A stretch of 64,000 nt of DNA from Somniosus microcephalus. Taxonomy: Eukaryota. This document shows, piece by piece, positions 1 through 13,565 of the stretch (positions are counted from its first letter, which is position 1; every line of letters begins with the position of its first letter). The notes beneath the pieces were generated by a model. It did not search any database, was not told the origin of the DNA, and saw nothing but the letters and a program-made list of their open reading frames with translations. Location: the NCBI GenBank assembly GCA_052327205.1, contig CM126210.1, forward strand, positions 15,190,001 to 15,254,000, in the 5' to 3' direction. A program made the translations under genes and the position numbers.

Positions 1-1745
1 TTTGTCCATGTTTGGACCAAGGCTGCAATGAGGTCTGGAGCCGAGTGGTCCTGGCAGAGCCCAAACTAAGCATCGGTGAGCAGGTTATTGGTGAGTAAGT
101 GCTGCTTGATAGTACTGTTGAACACACCTTCCATATTTGCTGATGATTGAGAGTAGTCTGATGGGGCGGTAATTGGCCAGATTGGATTTGTCCTTCTTTT
201 GGTGGCCAGGACATACCTGGGCAGTTTTCCACATTGTCAGTTAGATGTCAAGCTATACTGGAACAGCTTGGCTAGAGGCGCAGCTAGTTCTGGTGCACAA
301 GTTTTCAGCACGACAGCCAGGATGTTGTCGGGGCCCATAGCCTTTGCTGTGTCCCGTGCGCTCAGCCATTTCTTGATAGCACATGGAGTGAATCGAATTT
401 GCTAAAGACTGGGTTCTGTGGTGGTGGGTACCTATTGAGAAGGCCAATATGGATCATCCACTCGGCACTTCTGGTTGAAGATGGTTGCAAACGCTTCAGC
501 CTTGTCTTTTGCACTCACGTGCTGGGCTTCACCATCATTGAGGATGGGGATATTCATGGAGCCTCCTCCACCCATTAGTTGTTTAATGGTCCACCACCAT
601 TCAAGACTGGATGAGGCAGGACTGCAGAGCTTTGATCTGATCCGTTGATTGTGGGATCGCTTAGCTCTGTCTATAGCATGCTGTTTATGCTTTTTAGCAT
701 GCATGTAGTCCTGTGTTGTAGCTTCCCCAGGTTGGCACCCCATTTTTAGATACGCCTGGTGCTGCGCCTGGCATGCTCTTCTACACTCCTAATTGGTGCC
801 CTGGCTTGATGGTAATGGTAGAGTGAGGGATATGCCAGGCCATGTGGTTACAGATTGTGGTGGAATACAATTCTGTTGCTGCTAATGGCCCACAGCACCT
901 CATGGATGCCCAGCTTTGAGCTGCTAGATCTGTTCTGAATCTATCCCATTTAGCACGGTGGTAGTTCCACACAACACGATGGAGGGTGTCCTCGGTGTGA
1001 AGACGGGACTTCGTCTTCACAAGGACTGTGCAGTGGTCATTGCTAGCAATGCTGTCATGGACAGATGCATCTGTGACAGGTAGATTGGTGAGGACGAGGT
1101 CAAGTAGGTTTTTCCCTCGTGTCGGTTCTCTCACCACCTGTCGCAGGCCCAGACTGGCAGTTATGTCCTTCAGGACTCGGCCAGCTCGGTCAGTTGTGGT
1201 GCTACCGAGCCATTCTTGGTGATGGACATTGAAGTCCCCCATTCAGAGTACATTCTGTGCCCTTGCTACCCTCAGTGCTTCTTCCAAGTGGTGCTCAACA
1301 TGGGCGAGCCCTGATTCCTCAGCTGAGGGAGGGCGGTAGGTGGTAATCAGCAGGAGGTTTCCTTGCCCATGCTTGACCTGAAGCCATGAGACTTCATGGG
1401 GTCTGGAGTCAATGTTGAGGACTCCCAGGGCTACTCCCTCCCTACAGTATACCACTGTGCCGCCACCTCTGGTGGGTCTGTCCTGCTGGTGGGACAGGAT
1501 ATACCCAGGGATGGTGATTGATGATTCTGGGACCTTGGCTGAAAGGCATGATGCTGTGAGTCTGATTATGTCAGGCTGTTGCTTGACTAGTCTGTGGGAC
1601 AGCTCTCCCAATTTTGACGCACATCTCCAGATGTTAGTGAGGAGGACTTTGCAGGGTCGACTGGGCTGGGTGTGCCTTTGTCACGTCCGAAGCCGGTGCC
1701 GAGGTCGATACCAGGTGGTCCATCCGGTTTTACTCTTATTATTGA
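1..1745 (-). mobile_element. APE-RT LINE (CR1/Jockey-group 'family A'), degraded 5' part; runs off the window edge
   Basis: Broken ORFs 1243-1611, 781-1242 and 432-743 carry APE endonuclease motifs (DRPTRGGG, YRPP, GDFNVHH, LDLVLTN, NDH). Highly similar to the copy at 33483-36680. Confidence 0.85.
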
Positions 1746-2484
1746 GTGACTGTGCGGTGGTCCCTGCTACCAATGCTGTCATGGACAGGTGCATCTGTTC
1801 CTGACCCACTGTCAAAAAAAACAACTTTCCCACCAGACCCGCCACCGATCGCACCCACTACCACCAAGGAAAATACAACCCTAGGTATCGAACTGGTCTC
1901 TATGGCTCAGTTACTGGTTGCACTTAACCAGCAATGCTACAAAGGAAGCCGTGAATAGATTGGGCACTGGACTCAAAGGGAGATAAAATAAGCTTTGCAG
2001 GTTCAGGAATCTGTACAATTGGGGTAAACTGGATGGTTCCTATTGCCTATCTAGTTTCTAGGCTTGTTGCTGATAGACAGATTAAACAAAACAATGAGAT
2101 AAGCCAACTTCAAAGCATGATAAAAGGCTGTGTACCTGAAATGACCATTAATTACTTAGCTGAATAGTTTAATCAGCATCAGACTTCGGCCCTTATTCTA
2201 GCAACAAAATATTAATTGTCACAGTGGTAATAAAAGGAAGTTCTGTGAAAAATTGTTTCTTGGAACAAGAAGTAGCATTTTCAGTACCACATATCCTTCT
2301 TTGCAATGCTTAGAGTGAACACAGGTAAAACTAGTGCTAATGAGCCTAAACCCTGTGAACACCAGTGCTTCTGAGTCTACAACTCAAGTAAAATCATTGC
2401 TAGAGACTCTCAAATCTGAGTAAAATCAGCGCTAATGTCTTGAACCTGAGTAAAATCAGTGCGAGAGTGCAAAATTCTGAGTAA

Positions 2485-3808
2485 GTCCTTGAATGTGTTG
2501 TCACCTCCCAAATCCGTGCCCATCTTTCCGGGAGCTCCATGTTTGAATCGATCCAATCAGGTTTCCGCTCTTGCCACAGTACCGAAACGGCTCTTAACAA
2601 AGTCAAAAATGACACCCTATGTGACTGTGACGAAGGTAAACTATCCCTCCTCGTCCTTCTTGACTTGTCTGCAGCCTTTGACATGGTTGACCACTCCATC
2701 CTTCTCCAACGCCTCTCCAGCGTCGTCCAGCTGGGTGGGACTGCACTCGCCTGGTTCCATTCTTATCTATCTAACCATAGCCAGAAAATCACATGCAAAG
2801 GCTTCTCTTCCCGCTCCCGTATCATTACCTCTGATGTCCCACAAGGATCTATCCTTGGTCCCCTCCTATTTCTCATCTATATGCTGCTCCTTGGCAACAT
2901 AATCAGAAAACACAGCATCAGTTTCCACATGTACGCTGACAACACCCAGCTCTATCTCACCACCACTTCTCTCGACCCCTCCACTGTCTCTAAATTGTCA
3001 GACTGCTTGTCCGACATCCAGTTCTGGATGAGCAGAAATTTCCTCTAACCAAATATTGGGGAGACCGAAGCCATTGTTTTCGGTCCCTGCCACAAACTCC
3101 TTTCCCTAGCCACCGACTCCATCCCTCTCCCTAGCATCTGTCTGAGGCTGAGCCACACTGTTTGCAACATTGGTGTCATATTTGGCCCTGAAATGAGCTT
3201 CCGACCACATATCCGCAGCATAACAAAGACCGCCTATTTCCACCTCCGTAACATCGCCCGTCTCCGCCCTTGCCTCAGCTCATCCGCTGCTGAAACCCTC
3301 ATCCATGCCTTTGTTACCTCTAGACTTGACTATTCCAACGCACTCCTGGCTGGCCTCCCACATTCCACCCTACGTAAACTTGAGGTCGTCCAACGCCTCG
3401 ATTTCAAAATTCTCATCCTTGTATTCAAATCCCTCCCTGGCCTCATCCCTCCCTATCTCTAATCTCTTCCAGACCCACCTCCACCACCTCCCCCCCCGCC
3501 CCGAGATCTCTGCGCTCCTCTAATTCTGTCCTCTTGAGCATCCCTGATTTGAATCGCTCCACCATTGGTGGCTGTGCCTTCAGCTGCCATAGCCCTAATC
3601 CTCTGGAATTCCCTCCCTACCCCTCTCTGCCTCTCTACCTCTCTTTTCCTTTAAGACGCTCCTTAAAACCTACCTCTTTGACCAAGTCTGCCCTAATTTC
3701 TCCTTCTATGGTTCGGTGTCAAATTTTGTTTGATAACGCTCCTGTGCAGCGCCTTGGGACATTTTACTACATTAAAGGTGCTATATAAATACAAGTTGTT
3801 GTTGTTGT
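2485..3808 (+). mobile_element. L2 LINE, 5'-truncated RT fragment with 3' tail
   Basis: ORF 2539-3048 has QSGFR..HSTETAL, LLDLSAAFD, VPQGSILGP and YADN(D)TQLY. ORF 3193-3462 has [10 protein letters not shown]. Tail is AAAGGTGCTATATAAATACAA(GTT)n. Confidence 0.9.
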
Positions 3809-3848
3809 AAAATCAGTGCTAATCTTGAACCTGAGTAAAATCTGTACT

Positions 3849-4225
3849 TGTGTCAGCTGTAGTTCAGTGACAGCACTCGTGACCCTCAGTCGTAAATTTG
3901 TAGATTAAGCCCATCTCCTGGACTTGAGCGCATCATTCAGGCTGTAGAAAGACACTACTGAGGGAGTTCTGCACTGACAGAGGTGCCGTCTTTCAGATGA
4001 GACGTTAAGCCAAGACCCCCGTCTGATATCTCAGGTGAACATAAAAGAACCCACAGCACTATTTTGAAGAAGAGCAGATTATCTGGTCATTATCACATTG
4101 CTGTTTGTGGGACCTTGCTGTGCACCAGTTCCTACATTACAACAGTGACTACACTTCAAAAAGTAAAGCGTTTTGGGACATCTTGAGGTCGTGAAAGGCG
4201 TTCTATAAATGCAAGTGTTTCTTTC
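3849..4225 (+). mobile_element. tRNA-derived Deu-domain SINE (SacSINE1/AmnSINE1-like) with L2-type tail
   Basis: tRNA-like head, central GAGGTGCCGTCTTTCAGATGAGACGTTAA...GCACTATTTTGAAGAAGAGCAG domain, and tail GTGAAAGGCGTTCTATAAATGCAAG. Matches the copy at 11188-11636. Confidence 0.8.
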
Positions 4226-5427
4226 TAGTCTCAAGCCTGATTAAAAGCAGTGCTAGTGCCTAGGCCCTGAGTCAAACCACTGCTCGAGAGTCCCAAAGCT
4301 GACTAAAGTTATTTCTATCACCTTCAGATCATGGGGTCGATTTTTGTGTGGCGTGCAGACCCAGCAGGTAGCGTCCGCTCCACCCTCCCGATGATGTGGA
4401 TAAGGGCCCAATCCATTTTCATGGTCCAACCTCATTTAAGTGTAATCGATGTGATGCCAGCACTAATCGTGTTCATCATAGGTAGCTCACCGACTGGAAG
4501 GGTGGAAAAACTGGTGGGGCTGCTGCTACTTAAAGGCAGCCTGCTCCTCTTAAAGGAGAGAGGCAGTTTTCAATGCTGGTTCGTTGCAACTGATTTTTAG
4601 AATCCGCTGGCAAAATTACTTTGTCCAGGGCTCTGAGATTTTCTGAGATGGTGCCATGGAGGTGCTCATAGACCAAGTGAGCACCAGAAAGGAGGTCACC
4701 CTCCCCTCTGATTGGCACCAGGTGCCAAGTCAAATTTGACAGTAGCCAATGAAAGGTGGCAGAGCATGTCAACGCCAGCAGAATTGTACCCAGGACAAGG
4801 CAGAAGTGCAAGGGGAAATTTAATGATCTCACCAGGACTGCAACGGTAAGAGTCCCCTTCACATCTCTTTTACTGTCTGCACAGCCTTGCACCATTCTAG
4901 TTTAGTTTTGGCACTACTATTCATCCCTTCCCCATATCCCATGCCCCTTCTCCAACCACAACAGGATCCCTCAATGCACCTCCTCTTCTACTACAGCCAT
5001 CAGAACAACTTCCCCTTCTTGCCCACATTTTCTGATTTGTCCTCTCATCATGTGCACTACGCCAAGTTGCCTCACGTGTCTTCAAAACCCTTTAACAAGG
5101 CTAACACACGAAACCACTTCCACCCTTCTTGCAGGAGAAGCTGACACACAAGAGAAGGGAGAACAGGAGGAGGACTTGCTTCGGCGCTTATGCTCAGACC
5201 AATGGAGGAGGCCAACATTCAGATAATTGGCAGAGAGAGGGGGGACAGCATTGAAGAAGGAGAGGCAGAAGGCCGCACACAGCAAGACGTATCGGTATCT
5301 TCCCTTGCTTCTCTCTTTATACTTAACTCTCTCACTCATACACTCAGCGTGGCAAACTGGTGGTGCCTTGTGCTGCCACCCATCTGCTACTGCTTTCCCT
5401 TGCCATTATGTGCTAACCCATGTCACT

Positions 5428-5654
5428 TGACGTAAGAAAACTACTAGGCACTCGGTCTAAGCGTTAAACAAAGCTTTAATCAACTGTTTTACAACATGGA
5501 GGTCTAGTTGTGTCCTTCACTAGTTCCTGTTAAGAATGTCTTGCGCAAGTTGGGCCCGTGCCCGAGTATTTATATTCTCCCTGGACAGCGCCACCTTTAG
5601 GCCGCTCAGTATTATTTCATAAGTCTTTCTTTCACAAATGACTGATTCATGTCA
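5428..5654 (-). mobile_element. Solo LTR (Gypsy/BEL-type) with 5-bp TSD TCACT
   Basis: TGAC...GTCA termini. TCACT at 5423-5427 and 5655-5659. TATAAATA and ATTAAA on the - strand. Confidence 0.85.
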
Positions 5655-6190
5655 TCACTCTCCCCTTTTTCTAGCTCCATCAGTTAGTCTCAGGCCTTAC
5701 TGTAGCACAACTGAAGGGGAGAGCCCTCCCAGAGCTGGTGACCCTGCAATACTAGTTAACATGAATATCAATGTTGGCCTTTGGGCAGATGCCATTTATT
5801 TGAGAATAGAAGGACGGGGAGAGGTGTTGGACATCACTGTTATGATTGTTTAGCTGAATCGTTCTTCCTTGAGCTGTGGTTTCAGTCAGTGCTTGGATCT
5901 CACCCACTTCCTCACCATCTCCTACATCATCAGTGTCCTCTCCCTCCTCATGTTGCAGGTTCTCCTCCAATGCTGGCTTTACGTGTCATCTCCATTGCAG
6001 GGCAAATTTATGCAGCTTACAGCAAACCGCAATCATACGCGACATTCCTTGTGGGCTGTATTGCAGGGCGCCGCCTGATCTGTTCAGGTAGTGGAATCGC
6101 TGCTTGAGGACTCCAATAGTTTGCTCAAAGAGGTCTCTAGTCAACCCATGGCTCTGATGGCAGCACAGTTCAATAGCCGAGCATGGGTTC

Positions 6191-6398
6191 TGACATAAGA
6201 AAACTACTCGGCACTTGGTCTGAGTGTTAAACAAAGCTTTAATCAACTGTTTTTCAACATGGAGATCTAGTTGTGTCCTTCACTAGTTTCTGTTAAAGAA
6301 TATCCCGAGTATTTATACTCTCCCTGGACAGCGCCATCCGCAGGCTGCCCAGTATCATTTCATAAGTCATTTCCACATGAATGGCAAGATTCATGTCA
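6191..6398 (-). mobile_element. Solo LTR, same family as 5428-5654, with 5-bp TSD GGTTC
   Basis: TGAC...GTCA termini. GGTTC at 6186-6190 and 6399-6403. Clear similarity to 5428-5654. Confidence 0.85.
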
Positions 6399-6535
6399 GG
6401 TTCCTGAAGGAGTCATGAGCCAAGTGTGAAGGAGATAACTCTTGCCCCTAAGCAGCCAGCCTCTAAAAGTCTCAGGGCAGATGCCAGGATAGTGGGAACA
6501 TTTGTTGTAAGAGGTGTCACGACTCTGTGACAGCC

Positions 6536-7847
6536 TCATAGGATTACATTGTATTACATAGGATATACAGCACAGAAACAGGTCATTCGGCCCAACCAGT
6601 CCATTCCAGCTGGTCCTCCCCTTATATGCATCGATACTATTCACTCCAACCACTCCCTGTGGTAGCAAGTTCCACATTCTCACCACTCTCTGGGTGAAGA
6701 AGTTTCTTCTGAGTTCCCTATTTGATTTCTTCATGACTATCTTATATTGATGGCCTCTCGGTTTGTTCTTCTCCACAAGTGGAAACACTCTCTCTCTGTC
6801 TACTCTATCAAATCATGTCATAATTTTAAAGACCTCTATTAGGTCACTCCTCAGCCCACTCTTTTCAGAAGAAAAGTGACCCAGCCTGTTCATCCTTTCT
6901 GGTAGGGATTCCATTATCTTTCCTATCAATTATGTTAAGCTGACTGGTCTATAGTTCCCTGGACGTGTTCTATCTCCCTTCTTAAATATAGGTATTATGT
7001 TAGCTATCCACCAGTCCTCTGGCACTACACCTTTTTCTAACGAATTACTAAATATGTGTAGTAATGCCTATCTCTTCCCTATATTCTTTTAAAATGCGTA
7101 GATGTAAAACCAGGGGTTTTATCCTCTTTGAGTTTGCTTAGTTTATTTAATATTTCTCCTCTTTTATGTTTAAATGCGGTTATCTCATTTCTAATCTCAT
7201 CATCCAATGTCATGTCCATCTGATCTGTCTCCCTGGTAAATACTGAAGCAAAGTAATTATTTAATAATTCTGCCATTTCGCTGTCACTGTCTGTGATTCT
7301 ATCCTGTCCATCCCTTAATGGCCCTATTCCCATCCCAACTTTCCTTTTTTTATTTATGTGCCTATAGAAGATTTTACTATTTTGTTTTATGTTCCTTGCT
7401 AACTTAATTTCATAGTTCCTTTTTGCCTTCCTAATTGTTTTTTTGACTTCTCTCCTAATCTCTTTGTATTCTCCCTTGTCAAGCTCCCCCCTGCTGACCA
7501 TGTACTTAGTATATGCCTCTTTCCTTGCTCTCAATTTTTCCCTTATGTCTTTATTCATCCATGTTGTCATATAACATAGAAGATAGAAGCAGGAGTAGGC
7601 CATTCGGCCCCTCGAGCCTGCTCCGCCATTCAATGAGATCATGGCTGATCATCCAAATTCAGTACCCTGTCCCTGCCTTCTTCCCATATCCCTTGATCCC
7701 TTTAGCCTTAAGAAATATATCTAACTCCTTCTTGAATATATTTAATGAATTGGCCTCAACTGCCTTGTGTGGTAGAGAATTCCACAGGTTCACCACTCTC
7801 TGGGTGAAGAAATTCCTCCTCCTCTCAGTCCTAAATGGCTTACCCCT
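6536..7847 (-). mobile_element. Cluster of CR1 LINE fragments (3' ends and ORF2 pieces)
   Basis: RRNFFTQRVV..WN.LP motifs, ORF2 linker (YRHINKKRKV..GIGPL, LLNNYFASVFT), and CR1 3' UTR GGGCCGAATGGCCTACTCCTGCT. Confidence 0.85.
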
Positions 7848-9940
7848 TAGCCATTGTCTCGCTAGAAAAGTACAGCCTCCTTACACACTGCTCCTCAGCG
7901 AACTGTAGGTATGTTGTTATGGGCCTGTACACCTTAATAGGAGGTTGAAGAATTTCTGCGAGCACGCCTCCTTCTATTTGCCTTTCCTGCAGTCGCAGCT
8001 CTGCATGCTCCTTCCTCCCGAGTCTCCAGTTCCTCCTCTTCCTCTGGCTAGAGTGGAATTGGCAAAAGGACCCCATGGAAAAAAGGTGCATTGCTGGGGG
8101 CCCCTAAAGAGTTCAGAACACTCCACAGGCACGACAGGCACTTTGAGATTACCTAAGAAGCCAAAAAGCACAATGTCATAGCAGAGAAATGCCTCCCAAA
8201 ACCCTCCACGGTTTTTACCTGAGTGTAGCTGAGGACCCTTTTAATGCTGCTAAAAATGACCACTGCCCGACTTGTACCGTCCACGTTTTGTGGCTGGTTG
8301 AGGAACTGACGATAGCAATGCGGGTAGAGAGCAAAATGGTGTCAGGGTTCAGAACATAATTCGACCCTGATTTACATATATTTATTAGGCCCCCCCACCT
8401 GTTTCATGCAGGAACACTGGCCGCCCAAATCAGGGTCTGCTCATAAATGGGAGCGGGCAGACATCCAGTGGCATGTCCGCGATGATTCTTTTTTAAAAAT
8501 TCATCCCGCTACTGCCCTACTTACACCTGAAAATGAAACCGTTGGCCCCATAATACATAGATTTCCATTGACAATGCTGGACACTTGTCATCCGTATAAA
8601 GGGGATTTTCCGACCTGATCGCCGCAGTACTTATGAAGGGCGACACCCAAAACATTCACCTGCTGTCGTCTCTCGGTTGCCGTGGCTTTCCTTTTTACTT
8701 CAGGTTGTAAAGGTGGGCCTGTAAGTAGTCAAAGCTTACATGTATCTCCTCGACAGAACAAATTGCTCATCAGCTTCTGGCTGATTAACTCAAGGATATC
8801 TGGCTGCTTGCTAAAAAAAATGTCCCAGGCGATTTAGCAGTGCAGGATTAAGAAAACGATGATGGATATGCACTAACTGTGTAGGAGTGAAGTGCCTTAA
8901 AGTTGTCAATAGAAAGCAAATTGTTATTTTGGGGAAGTCATGCAGGCATTCCTCAGAGACAGACATGCTGCGAGTGAGTCTGTAAAACTTTATTTACTTC
9001 TAACAGACATAATACCATGTTTAGAAGACACTTAATGTGACATTTATTTAAGGTGATTATCAGCTTACATACCTCCAAAAGATTAAAAACACCTGTCCCT
9101 GTCTGCACGCAGATGTGCCCCTGTGGGGAGCACGTTTAAGCAAACAAATGGAACAGAAGGTTTTAATTCTATAAATCTTACCAGCCTGTTATAATATACC
9201 AATAAGGTTACAGTTAGCGCCTTGCAGCAGTTCAACAGATATGAACTTCCAGAAAGTTCATTAAAGGACAGACCTTACTGAATTTCTTACACGTAACTCA
9301 TTTATTGACTTGATCAACACATCTTCCTCTGATAAATAATAAAGAAGCGAGCATTTATATAGGGCCTTGTCACATCAAAACGCTTGCCATAAACTGGGAC
9401 CAATAATGCTCGCTGTGTATCTGGCACTGTGGAGCTGGTTTCTGTAGATAAAGCAAACTCAGTCCATTTTAATCATCTTTTGGTGCACCGTGCACATTTC
9501 TCGTGACGTGCAGGGAGTGCCAGGACTGTGTTCTCGACTGCTAGCAGATAACGGAAGGCTGTTGGTTGCCAGCTGTTTTGCAAAGGCACTTTCCCCGCAA
9601 AGGAGAGGGGGGCTGGGGGCGGGGGGGAGGACCACTGGGCACAGGGCTCAGGAGTCAAATGGCAAGGAGGTTTTGGGGAGGAGGTGTGGGGAAACAGTCC
9701 AAACGGCCAGGGGTGACAGTGGGCCAGAGGGGCCGAGAGAGAAATTGATTTTTTTTAAATTTGAATGGTGGTCTTGCTTTCAGCACCCATTGGGAACGGA
9801 CACTGTGCAGCTGGAGCGCATTATGCATTGGCCACCTAATTAACATTGAAGTCAGGGTCCTAATGAACCTCGAGCATAGCTTTCATGCCAGCTCCCAGTC
9901 CTCTTTGTACTGGCACATTGGGGTACGTCATAGAGTCAGT

Positions 9941-10786
9941 GGGGGTGATTTTGCCAATGGGGGCGCATTGGGGGCGGGACTGCTGCTTGTCGAGTTTCAG
10001 TCCCGCCTCCATCGACGTCCGGCCAACCCACGCTATTTTCCCTTGGTTGACCTTGTTAAGCCCGCCCAGCGGACTTAGCAGGCCAATTAAGGGAAAGCAA
10101 GTGACAGAGAACGTCAGCGTATGATGTTTCATCTGTCAAAAGTTTTTGACAGATGAATTGTCATCGTTTGACAGCTCTGAGAAGCTGTCAAACACTGACA
10201 TTCTCTGTTGTTTGGTGAGTTCTTGTGCTCAAGGCTCACCAAACCTATATCCTGAGCGGAAAGCAGATGGCTGTTAAATCGGAGAATGCAGCAGCCATTC
10301 GGTCACCTCTGCCGTGGAGATGCCGGAGCCTCCTGATCCCCAACGATTGAAGCCTGCAGGAAGAAACAAAGGTAAGTAAACTTTTTCTAACACTTTTCAC
10401 TCACCTCACATACTTATCTCTCCACACTTGCACCCATCACTCACCTCCACAGCGCACTTTTCGAACCCTCCGACCCCCGCAGACCCACTGCTCGCCTCGC
10501 TGACCCTGGCGGGGTTTCCCGACGTCGGGAAGCCTACACTTCTGTTGGAGAAATGGGGATAATCCTCTTAACTGTCTATTAACTACCTGTTAACAGGCAG
10601 TAAAGTGACTGCAATCCCCTTCCCGCCTCCAGGAGACGGGACCCGGCACAGGTCGGGTACCCGCCTCCTGGGAAGATTCCACGGAGGCGGGTTGGGGGGG
10701 GGATGGGTACCCGCCCCCAGATTCTGTCATTTTCCCGGCAGTCCCGCCTCCAAACCTGCCTCCCCAGGGCTGGCAAAATCGCTACC
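9941..10786. mobile_element. Non-autonomous DNA transposon (Harbinger-like MITE)
   Basis: TIR GGGGGTGATTTTGCCA / TGGCAAAATCGCTACC. A second homologous copy lies at 63353-64000. Confidence 0.7.
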
Positions 10787-11187
10787 ATAGAGTCACACAG
10801 CACAGAAGGAGGCCATTCGGCCCATCGAGTCCGTGCTATGTTGGGCAACTCGAGTATGTTGCAGGCTTTATGCTTCCTTGCCCAATTTTCCAAGGAGCAT
10901 CCAATGCCTGCATCATGTTATTGGTTCCGATGAAGTGCTTGAGAAGTGCTGTACCTGTTGCTGTACAGACAAAAACCTGTGCACTATTTTCCCACCGTAA
11001 ATGAAATGCAGTGCGTGCTGAATTTCTGACACGGACTTTCACCTGATGGAACTCCCTGCCAGGAGCTCAAAGTTGTTCTTAAAATGTCATGGTGCCTGCA
11101 ATGCTGGTTACAAATGTACAAGCCTGCAGTAGGTGTTCTTTCAGGTTCAGCATCACTGGTCACTCCCTAAATAGACCTTGTGCCCCC

Positions 11188-11636
11188 TTGTGTCAGCTGT
11201 GGCTCAGTGGGTAGCACACTCGCCTCTGAGTCAGAAGGTTGTGGGTTCACAGTCCCCACTCCAGGGACTTGAGCACATAAAGCTAGGCTGACACTCCAGT
11301 GCAGTGCTGAGGGAGTGCTGCACTGTCGGAGGTGCTGTCTTTCGAATGAGATGTTAAACTGAGGCCTCCTCTGCTCTCTCAGGTGGACATAAAAGATCCC
11401 ATGGCACTCTTTCGAAGAAGAGCGGTGTCCTGGCCAATATTTATCCCTCAACCAACATAACAAAAACAGATTATCTGGTCATTGCTGTTTGTGGGAGCTT
11501 GCTGTGCACAAATTGGCTGCTGCGTTTCCCACATTACAACAATGACTACACTTCAAAAGTATTTCATTGAATGTAAAGCGCTTTGAGATGTCCGGTGGTC
11601 GTGAAAGGCGCGATAGAAATGCAAGTCTTTCTTTCT
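11188..11636 (+). mobile_element. Full-length tRNA-derived Deu-domain SINE
   Basis: A-box-like TGGCTCAGTGG, B-box-like GGTTCACAGTCC, Deu-like core and L2-type tail ending (CTTT)n. Confidence 0.85.
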
Positions 11637-12134
11637 ACGATCTGGAGAGCATCCTTGCTGACCAATAGCTAGTTAAGTGATCGGAGGATCCAAACAATGA
11701 GAGCCCTCTGTTGTCCTGGGCACTGTGATTTCACACTTAGCACTGCGTGACTTCTCCTAACTTAGTGAAATGAATCATGATTGTGAACCAACAAACTAGT
11801 TTCATTTACATGCAATAAATGAATGAGCAGAACGTAGTTTTCACTGTGAGGTTCTTTTGTTTCCTACAGCTCTTTGCATCACCAAAAATAATGATTATAA
11901 AGCAATGCTGCTTATGTTATGGGCTAAACACACTAATAAGTTACTCTTACAGGGCACATACATACACGCCACAGCCTGAAGTCTCATAGTCTCACTCACA
12001 GATTGCAGCAAAAGTTAGAATTCTCGCTCTCTCATCCTGACACAGATTACCCTAGACTGATTTCTCTGGAGAGCAACAGAAAGATAATGACCAACCTCTG
12101 ACCACTCCCGGGGCTCTGTGTGTTGAGGATTTTC

Positions 12135-13565
12135 CTGGGTGTCCTTGTGCACCAGTCGTTGAAGGTAAGCATGCAGGTGCAGCAGGCGGTTAAGAAGGCA
12201 AATGGTATGTTGGCCTTCATAGCGAGAGGATTCGAGTACAGGAACAAGGATGTCTTACTGCAGTTGTACAGGGCCTTGGTGAGACCACACCTTGGCCTAG
12301 AAATTCAGTAAGGCGCTGCCAGCTTTGCGGCCAGTTACCGCCCAAAGAGGGCTTCTGCGCCAATAGAGGAGTTTGCGCTGATATTCAGCGCAGTGGTAAT
12401 GGCGGCGGTAGCCGTTAGCGCTGCGCCGGCACTGATGACGTCATCGGTGTGCGCAGTGCCCCGCTACCGCCCCGACCCCCATATTGAGTTGCGGCCGCCT
12501 CTTCTGCAGCAGCCGCAAACAGCGATCAGAAAACGGGGCCGTACTGTAGCCTTAGTGGGGCGCTTTAAGGTGGAGGTGCGGCCGGCCGCTTTTTCGGCGG
12601 CCGCCTGCCCGCACCTCCTTCCCCGGCCTCCTCCACCCCCCCCTGCGGCATTGCCGGCTGCTTTCCGCGAACCCGGCACTTCTCCGTGGTGCCGGGCTCA
12701 TTTGCCGGCACTATCCAGCGGCGATCTCCCCGTTGCAGGCACCTCCCCCTTAAGAGAAGGAGGAGGCCTGCAGTACCGCAGCCTGCCGCTCCGCAGCGGG
12801 TGGCGCAGCGGCGCCTAGAGCGCTGAAATTCAGTTTCAGCGCCCCAAGCGGGGGCGGGCACACCCTGGAATAGCGCCCGGTTCCGACTTGGGGCGCTAAA
12901 ACTGAATATCTGACGGTCGCAACTGGCTCCGCGCTCAGCGCTAACTTTTGGGCGCACGCCAGCTGGCGGGCCCAAAGTGCATTTCTAGGCCCTTGAGTAT
13001 TGTGTGCAGTTTCGGTCACCTTATCTGAGGAAGGATGTTCTTGCCATGGAGGGAGTGCAGCGAAGATTCACCAGACTGATACCTGGGATGGCAGGAATGA
13101 CGTATGAGGAGAGATTGGATCGATTAGGCTTATATTCGCTCGAGTTTAGAAGAATGAGAGGGGATCTCATTGAAACTTATAAAATTCTAACAGGACTAGG
13201 CAGACTAGATGCAGGAAGGATGTTCCCGATGGCGGGGGAGTCCAAAACCAGGGTTCACAGTCTAAGGATGAGGGGTAAGCCATTTAGGACTGAGATGAGG
13301 AGGAATTTCTTCACCCAGAGAGTGGTGAACCTGTGGAATTCTCTACCACAGAAGGCAGTTGAGGCCAATTCATTAAATATATTCCAGAAGGAGTTGGATA
13401 TATTTCTTAAAGCTAAAGGGATCAAGGGATATGGGGAGAAAGCAGGGACAGGGTACTGAATTTGGATGATCAGCCATGATCTCATTAAATGGTGGAGCAG
13501 GCTCGAGGGGCCGAATGGCCTACTCCTGCTTCCATCTTCTATGTTTCTATGTTTCTATGTTTCTA
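12135..13565 (+). mobile_element. CR1 LINE 3' fragment, split by a MITE
   Basis: LGVLVHQSLKVSMQVQQAVKKANGML...LVRPHL continues as EYCVQF...RRNFFTQRVVNLWNSLP after the MITE. (ATGTTTCT)n tail. Confidence 0.9.
12294..12991. mobile_element. GC-rich Harbinger-type MITE with 3-bp TSD CTT
   Basis: TIR GGCCTAGAAAT / ATTTCTAGGCC. CTT is duplicated at 12291-93 and 12992-94. Removing the element restores the CR1 ORF2 sequence. Confidence 0.85.

Larger units (their letters stand above)
4333..8548. mobile_element. Degenerate PIF/Harbinger DNA transposon (Myb/SANT-like gene on +, transposase on -), interrupted by two solo LTRs and CR1 fragments
   Basis: The + strand at ~4630-4850 gives a frameshifted ...VPRTRQKCKGKFNDLTR followed by GTAAG. 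The - strand gives transposase pieces VYRPITTYLQFAEEQCVRRLYF (~7855-7945), GWLLRGKSYLLHTWLMTP (~6410-6465) and EQTIGVLKQRFHYLNRSGGALQYSP...CCKLH (~5990-6140). Ends are G-rich/C-rich with a possible CAT TSD. Confidence 0.75.

Noticed and set aside
2320-2490. Degenerate ~30-bp repeats (AACCTGAGTAAAATCAGTGC) continuing at ~3810-3850
   Set aside because: This looks like an ordinary decayed minisatellite interrupted by L2 and SINE insertions, with no sign of function.
5428-6398. Single TRIM-like element bounded by two LTRs
   Set aside because: Each LTR has its own distinct TSD, no shared outer TSD exists, and the interior is Harbinger transposase sequence.
11188-11270. tRNA gene
   Set aside because: It is the tRNA-derived head of a SINE, continuous with the Deu core and L2 tail, with no complete cloverleaf evident.
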